Positions 53,001-62,000 of a DNA stretch of 64,000 bases are shown in pieces. This DNA is from Lytechinus pictus (Eukaryota). Both the position numbers and the translations under genes were made by a program. The notes beneath the pieces are model-generated. The model was not told the DNA's origin. It saw nothing but the letters and a program-made list of their open reading frames with translations, and ran no database searches. The number at the start of each line of letters is the position of its first letter. Position 1 is the first letter of the stretch. The DNA lies in contig NC_087245.1 of NCBI RefSeq assembly GCF_037042905.1, forward strand, positions 13,642,001 to 13,706,000, given 5' to 3'.

Positions 53001-56000
53001 TGATCGTTTCGTTCTTAATGGCCTTTGTCCTGATTGTATTTAATGATATTGGCTCTGTTGTTTCTTAATGACCATTGACCTGTTAGTTCTTAATGGCCTT
53101 TGAACTTTTTTGTTTGATGACATTTGACCTGTTTTTGTATAATTATTCAGGTACAAGCTGTGAATGATGAAGGAACAAGTGATGCAGAAAGTGGGCTAAT
53201 CACTCTCGTTGCTGGAGGTTAGTGTTCTCCTTTTATGTACCACCATCATTAAACTCTTCATTTGTCCTCTTTTTTATTTTTGTAAAGAAATTACAGATCT
53301 ATCTGATTTGCATTCATTATGTAGTGCCAATATGGCAGCTGCAGCACTTTGAAACTCTTCAGGGGTCTCATGATTTTTTTTGGGGGGGGGAGGGGGGGTT
53401 CTGTTTTAGGAGGATGTTATTGAATTATCTAAAATTACTCATCATTTAAAATATTTTTTAAATGATGATTTCAGTAGTCTACGACTCCATGTGTGTCTTA
53501 ATGGTTAGATACCAGAGCTCAAAACAAAGAGAAATTATCAGCTGATGACATTGTTATCACAGCAGACAGTAAGAATTACCAAAAGAAATGAATGTTACTA
53601 GTATGATTCATCAAAATATTTGTGTTATTAATGAAAAGATGTTTCATTTAAGTTTTGATTGTGGATTATTTTTTTAGATCCTGTGCCCTCTGGGAATACT
53701 GTCAGTAATTTAGGTCAAACAGTGTCATCCACGGCGACTACTATCACCATCGTAATCACCGATAACCTCTTCTCTGATGTGAATGGCTTTGTGATTGCTT
53801 TCCAGGTCTTTGTAGTAGAAGATCACGGTATGTATGTGCTTTCCAAGACTGACTGATGATCTGAACTTTCAGGTTTGGGATTTCATGCCCATGAAAATGG
53901 TGGATGAACTGGGTGTTTCTTTGAAATAAAAATTTATATAATGTATCCAAATTACAATCCCTCTAATCAGTCTGTATATGTAAGTTAAAGGTTAGCATTG
54001 CGGTTCGAGTCTATAGTAAGGTTAAATTTTAAACATGAGACTTACAACAACTCATAGGGGTTGGAGAGATAGCTGAATAGATTTATCGACTTGATATTGT
54101 TGCATGCAGCCAAGAAAATTAGAGTAACTGTAAAGAGTGAAATTTCATCTAAGTATTATTTTCTATCTATGTGCTGCCAAGAAAATTTGTTGATTATAAT
54201 CTCATTGTCATACACATTAACAGCAAGCATCACAGACCGGACAATCAGTGACCCACCCAGACGATACCAAGAGGTCCGAAATCTACCAATTCGCCTAGTT
54301 TATGTGACATCACCCCTCTTTGCGCCAACCCCACGATTCAGCGGCCGTCGCAAACGTCAGATTGCTGACACACGTACTTCTTTCACCATCGGTACAGAGA
54401 CTGAATGTGTTTCTGAGGACAGCATATGTAATGGCCCTCTTGAGCCTCTGACATCCTACAGGTACTAATAGTGTTTCATCGGGGGTTGTTGCAAAAAAAT
54501 GCAATCAATTCCATTTTAGGTAATGAAATCATTTATAGTCTCACATACGGTTACATAAGATTCAGTCCTGGACACAGGATCATCTGTTCCTCTATGTCCA
54601 GCTCCTGGTGATATACAGTATGTGGCATCTGAAGAATTGGCGCGGTCCGGGGGAGGAACGCTATAATCAAATTTAAATTCTGCATTACGCCACCAAATAT
54701 CAATCCTCTTTACAAATTGTAATACATCCCTAGATTCTACTACAAACTCGGGAAGACAATTCCATAAGTTGCAGATTCTCAACATGTATTCTTATTAGCC
54801 CAAGTCTTTAAAAGCTTTTACACATGACCCTTTGTACTGGTGAGAGAATTAAGTTGCAGACACAGGGCAACATCAGGGTCATATTTGTGGAGAATCTTGT
54901 CTTGCATCATCATCATCATCATCACCATCATCATCATCTATGTCAGTCATCGTTGTCCTGCTTACAAAGGGTTACTGTCTTTCGCATCATGATGGCACGC
55001 CCTCCTTTCACTTCTTTCCGTCTTGAGCATCCTCCTCGTTCAAACCAATCTTACTTCTTTTCTCCCTCACCAAATTCATCCACAGTACTTCACTGATACA
55101 TGAAACTGAAAGTAATGAGCCTTCATATCAAAGAGAAGGCACCTTACCAAAATTCTGTGCTAAACTTTTCTGTCTTTTGTCAGAAACCTCTTCAGCCTTC
55201 GTTCCATTTTAACCTTCAAATATGATGATAATATTTGTCCATTTATATAGTGCATTAACTAAATGCATATACTCTACTACGCCTGATACTTGGTGTCATA
55301 TTATTAGCCCGGCTTTAGTGGAGTCGCCATATGGATGCTCAAGCGTTCAAAGGAATAAATCATAACGGGTACCCATTCACCTCACCTGGGTCGAGTGCAG
55401 CACAATGGGGTAAATTTCTTGCTGAAGGAAAACACACCATGGCTGGGCTTCAAACCCACGTCCCTCTGATTGAAAGATGAGAGTCATAACCACAAGATCA
55501 CAAAGCCCCTGTATCACCATATCAATATCACAATAAACAAAGCAATGTAGCTGCTATGAAATCCTAGATATGGTGAAGACGATGAACACTGTTCTGATTG
55601 TGGTCCTTTATTTTTTTCCAAACTGATGTTTATTGATGTCTCCCAATTTGTTGACAGGATTCTTGTTCGAGCTTACACCGATGGTGGCTTTGCAGACTCG
55701 CCTTGGTCTGATCCTATCTCTACAAGTAAGTCAATATCCTTACCAACATACTTTGGCAAAATGAAGAAAGAATATAAGTGTACTATGCTTTGAAAAGCAA
55801 AATGAGACATGTTACATAGATGCCCATGCACTTGCAAGAAGGTTAACAAGCCATTACTCGTAGCAGGATCAGTGTTTTTCACCAAAATTTGACATTTGAC
55901 ACTATAAAAGTGTCTCTTGCTTCCTTTTGTCAAAGTAAGGCAGTATAGAGTTCAAAATATTTTAAGATCTTAATATATTCTGGACAAAGCAACCTTTTAG

Positions 56001-59000
56001 TTGAGGTTGGCTCACAACATACATTAATATCATTGTCTAGCAATCTTGTTTCTTAACAAAATAGATCTCTTATAATTTTGGTGGTTTTAAAGTGTAATTT
56101 ATGCACTTATTCATTGATGCACTGTAACCATTTCACTATTACTTATTACCTATGAGTTTTATCCTAAGTTAACTCCAATTGCCAGAACCTCTTTCTCTCT
56201 CTCTCTTTTAAATTTTCTTTGATCACATTTCATTTCATTGTTGTATTGTATATTTATATGATAGAAGTATTGGATTCCTGGTTCACCATCCCCATCATCA
56301 TCTATGGAGTCATCATCTTCTTCATTATGATATTCCTCATCCTATGCTGCCTTTCAGCTGGTCGTCATCGTCGTAAGAAGGTCAAGAGGTAAATGAATAA
56401 TCACTTTCCATGAAAAAATAGTCTTCACAGCATTGATATGATTTGTCATAGATTTAATGGAAAATACACAAAGATTAAATATTCATATTCATTCACATAT
56501 AATGAATATCTGCCATTGACTTTCATAGAAAAGTTGGTATTTGAATACCACGTGGTAGGAATATTCATGATGCATTTCGATTTTTCTTTAATGACCATAA
56601 AAAGATGCTTTATAATTTACAAGGAAACTAGAAATTAGACTTCAGCTTTAAGATTTCAGTTTAATTTAATGATCTTTGTGTACTTTGTGTAATTACTATA
56701 CACAGTCTGACTGCCCTATATATGAGAGCTCCTGACCTTGATTTATCACAAATTGAGTCGTTCATGCAGTGTAGTAAGAATGAAGAAATATTTGGGTTGA
56801 ACATAGTCATCAAAAGGTCAATAAATTTATTGAATAACCCCGGTGTATTTTTACAGCGTTGTCATAGTTATGATGTACATGTGTAACAGCTCTTGATAAA
56901 AAAAATTGTCAAAGAATTTATGATGTATTGGAATGACAAAGTGACATAATAATAGTGATGAATAATAATTGGCTTGATATAGCGTGATTCCAGACTATGA
57001 CTGCTCAAAGCATTTATTAACAATTATTTTGTATTTGTCTTTGCTAGCTCACCTGGACCAAGGAAAGCACGTGGCTTCCACTCACCCAAGCAAGAATCTC
57101 GGTTCAATGATAATCACAACAACTCTTCATACAGACACCCAAAGCATAGCAAAGCACCTCCTGCTATCCTCTCACGGTGAGTCAATATTTTAGCTCTTAA
57201 AGATAAATACCAGTTGTGGTAATGATCTCAAAATGAGTTCGAACAGAATCCAATGAAATGACCACCAAAGTGTTTGTATGTATAGATAAAAAATTATGTG
57301 CCAAATAGATCTTAAAGAAAATGCGTAATTGCTGAGAAATGAGCAAAATAAGCACGGATATCCATTAAATGTCGGGTATTTTTCGAAGCAATATTAATAC
57401 ATTGTTCCACATATGCTTTTCCATGTTAGTGATCATCAGAATTATCAATTTTTGAGCTAAGATTTCATGATTTTACAAAGATAATTTACATTAATGTACC
57501 AGATCTAGATGTATTATGATATTTTGACAATTAACCTTGGTTTAAAAGACTTTCTCATGAAATTATTCTTTGCTGCAACTACTGTCCTTTACCTTTAAAG
57601 CCCATGAAAGATTATACTGGTCTGCAGATCTAAAATGTCAAATCGCCTGCCTTGAGTTTAAAGATAGGTATGTGAGAAAATCAGGCATTTCACTCATGAT
57701 TTCTTACGAAATTAACTATATTCTTTCACTATTGCCCCTTTGGCTCCAAGCATATGAATGTGTGAATAGAGATTTAAACACTCGAACAAAGATTGATGTT
57801 ATTACTAATGAAGGCAGTGATATTTTAATCTTACAGGCCTGTTCTGAGTTCTCAGTTTGCTCTTCACTACAATGAGATGATTGCCAACAAACAGCACAAG
57901 TTTACCTTGGAGTTTGATGTAAGTTGACAATCTAATTGATGGTAGGGGTTACGATGAGATGGAAGAGGAGGAGGACGATGATTATGTTGGTAATGATGAT
58001 GATGATGATGATGATAATGATGATGATGATGACAACGATGATGATGACAACGATGATGACGACGATGAAAATGATGATGGTGATGATGACAACGATGATG
58101 ATGATGACAATGATGACGGTGACGATGAAAATGATGATGATGATGAGGATAATGAGGATTATGATAATGATTATGATTGTAATTGTGATGAGGAGGAGGA
58201 TGTTGATAATGGTAATGGTGATGCTGGTGATGGATATGATAATGATTTGTATTTGAAGACACATGATTTTGATATTTCTGCTGGATATTTGTAGATCCTT
58301 ATGAGAATAATAACAATAATGAGTAATGAAGATGGCAAATTCGTTTTAGTTTTATCATGCATAAAAATATTTTGTGAGCTAAATTATGTTCCCATTATAG
58401 ACATTAAGTTCGTATTTCTCCATGCTATTCTAAGATCTCTCATATTGCAAGATTGATAAATGATAGGATAAATTATCTCTTTAAAATGTCTTTTCCATCA
58501 CTCAGGATCTTCGGAACATTGGTCAAGACTTGTCAAAGTCAGAAGGAAGACATTTGGAAAATAAAAACAAAAACAGATTTGGAAACATCTTGCCGTGTAA
58601 GCAATATTTCCTATTCTATCCCTTCTTCTTCGAAAGTATTTTATCACTGTTTCTATTTCCATCTTTTTAATTCCTTCTCTGTGTATGTCTACATCATTTT
58701 TTTACTCTATACAGCTTCTTCCTATGTTTTGAACAGCAAAACTACAAAAAAAGCGTGTGAAGTGTTATAAAAGCATTACTGTTCGAAAGAAATAGTCATC
58801 ATTATTAGTCATAAGCGAATTTTCCTGTGGGCTAAAATGAATGCCTGGACATTTGATAAATTCAGCCTATCATTTAGTTTAAATCCATATCCCTATTTTA
58901 TAATATCTCTTTATTATTATTATTATTATTTTATTCGGCATTTCAACAAAAACAGTTTACAATCAATTTACAAGAGAATATCCAATTACAAGTGAAAAGG

Positions 59001-62000
59001 GATGTTTACAAAACAAGTCCTGGTTGCCTGGAAAAGGAAAAAGTTAAATAAATAACTGTAGCCCGCAGGCTTTCCTCCCCGACCTGGACTTGTATGTTAA
59101 CACCCCAAGAATAAAAACATATATATAGATTATTATATTAATACAAACAATAATTCATATAGAAAAAGCATATTGAAATTGATTTGTATAAGAACAATCA
59201 AATATAGTGTGATTAGAAACGTAATTACAGGACAACTTAAAGAAGGTGTAGTAAATTGGTATTTAGATATACATTTAAATTGGCCAGGTAAATATAAACT
59301 TTAAAATGAAGTACATTGTATTGGGAAAGATGTATAAGCAGTAATCATTATACATCTTATTCAAATAACTCAGACCGTAAGCTTCGTAGCCATGGATTTA
59401 AAGATCTGCAGACCAGGACAAACTCGTTTCGTAGACTAGGCGTTAATTCCTCCCACACTCTTGGGAAGTAGTGGATTGGGGAGCAGTGCAACCTTTGGGT
59501 CCTAGCCAGCAGGTGTCTGAACAATAGATTTTCTTGATGATGGTCATTAATGATTGTTTTGGAGATTATAATAATAGAATCAATTTGTCTGTACAGGGAC
59601 TTGGCAAAAAACGAAATCAATAGAAATTTGCGTCTAGTAGCCAGTGTTGGCCATTCTAAAATACGAAAACGGTCTGCTTTAACACCATACGGGTGGCTCT
59701 CCTTTGCAGAGACTCAATTCTGTATCCATGATTGAAAATCAGAAGGCCTGAACTAAAAAACAGTGATTTTGAGAAAGAGGTGGTTGCTAATTTTCTGTCA
59801 ACCATATCTATTGAGATGTGACAAAGTGTTATTTTGTTACCAAAATCTCAAAATGGTCAAAAAGTGAGTCAAGTCCTTTTGCATATCAACCCTTGATATG
59901 ATTTCTCTCAAACTTTCCTTCCATTTGAAATCTTCAGACAATGAAACCAGGGTGTCACTCAGTGGATCTCAGGATTACATCAATGCAAGCTTTATCTCTG
60001 TAAGTACATGTCTGTAATGATGATTTCAAGTGTCAGTGTTAGTTTTAGTGTTGATTTTGGTGTTGAGAACTTAAATCTGGCTGCCTAGTCTAGCTCCAAT
60101 ACTGGATGTTGGTTAATTATGATACTTATCATACAATCAATAGCTTAAGACCGTGTGATATTAGTCCTAGCAATAGCCCTTATTTCAGCTTTGGTACTGT
60201 GGCTGGTGATGTTCAGATAACCCAACACCTTCCCCTGCTGTCAACACCAAGCTTTAAAGCTTTAAAGTCTCATGATAAAACTATCATGCAGACTCACCTT
60301 GACAAATGGCTTTCGATTTCTTTACTATGCAAGAGCTTGTAACCCCGACCCGGGCGTCTCGGACATTGTTGGTGACTTAGTGACCCTTGGCTATTTTTCA
60401 GAGGGGAATATCATGCCTGGTTAAATAGTCAGCCATGTAGTAGTAACACTGAAATTATACATGTATATGCATTTCATCATCATTGCCCCTGAAGTGAGAT
60501 GCTCTCCTATGTTTTAAGTGTCACACTGTTGTACCATCTTCAAGTATAATTTGGAACAAGTCAGGATAATTGATTTAACCCTAAACAAGCAAAAGCTTCT
60601 TATTGGTACTATAACTCATACCCAACATACAACAACAAATTTCTGACATATGTCAAGGATTAAGTATCCCAGACAACATTCAAGACACTTCTTCCTCCCT
60701 AACACATATACCTTTTGATTCTTCATTTGTCATTTTTATGGCGATTAACTTGAGAACTTCTTTTGGTATGACACCAGGGTTTCAACAAGGCCAAGGAATA
60801 CATCACTACCCAAGGACCAATGACAAACACTGTCAATGAGTTCTGGAGGATGGTTTGGGAGAAGGAATGCCCAGCCATTGTCATGCTGGTTCGCTGCATT
60901 GAAGGTGGCAAGGTGAGTTAATAGGTTTCCAAGAAAATGGTGGTGGTGGTGGTGGACATAATGAAGATGATGGAGTGATGAATTGGGGGGGGGGGGTGAT
61001 GTTGTTTGTATTTGTGGAGCGTTGTGGCCCAGTGGATTAGTCTTCTGACTTTGGAACAGAGGGTGGTGGTTCGAATCCCAGCCATGGCGTAATTTCCGTC
61101 AGCAAGAAATTTATCCACATTGTGCTGCAATCAACCCTGGTGAGGTGAATGGGTGAATGCATGAGCGCTGAAAGGCAGCTCGAGCTAAAGCTGGGGTAAT
61201 AATAATAATAACATCGCGCCTTGGAATAGAATATTTCTAGATAGATGGCGCTATATAAATTTCTATTATCATTATTATTATTATTATTAATGGTGTAATG
61301 TGTCATGTTGATGGATGATGGAAATGATGATGGTGTTGGTGATGAAGATGATAGAGGTTATGATGGTAGGGTGATGATTAATTTATGGCTGGACTGTTGT
61401 GTCAAATATGTTGATACTTTACTCTCAAAGTATTTAGGTATGCTTAATGTGAATATGATATGAAAATTCCCATGGTCCTGATAATCAACGCCATGTTTTG
61501 TTAATTCTTTGCAGGAGAAGTGTGATAAGTATTGGCCAGTCAGTGCAGATCCAACTGTCTTTGGTCAGGTGATTGTTACCAAGCTCGCAGAACACAACCA
61601 TGATAGCTGGGCCATCAGAGACTTCAGACTCAAAGTGGTACGAGTTGTTTCTATTAATTTTCATTGCCATTCTAAAATGATTAATAGCTTGTTGATCATT
61701 TACAATACTCCAAATATAAATAAGCCTAGTTTGTGTTTTAAGCTTAGGTTTACTTTGTACCTTCCTTTCTTGAATGGGTCACATAATATTCACTCATTGG
61801 GGGGCATTTAATAAAACAAATTAGTCATTGATTTTCAGTGATTTGTTTGTTGTAAGCTACTAAAATCATTGCATTTGATTGGTTCAAAATAACTAAGCCA
61901 GTGAAAATCACTTGATTTCTTCATGAAACCCTCCTCGTGATAATTTTAGGAACTATTCAGAATCTTCTTACTGCAGAAACTGGTTGGATTACTAAACACG

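Noticed and set aside
57867..58294. His-, Asp-, Met- and Ile-rich ORFs
   Set aside because: Same microsatellite artefact; exons 55 and 56 join in phase without it
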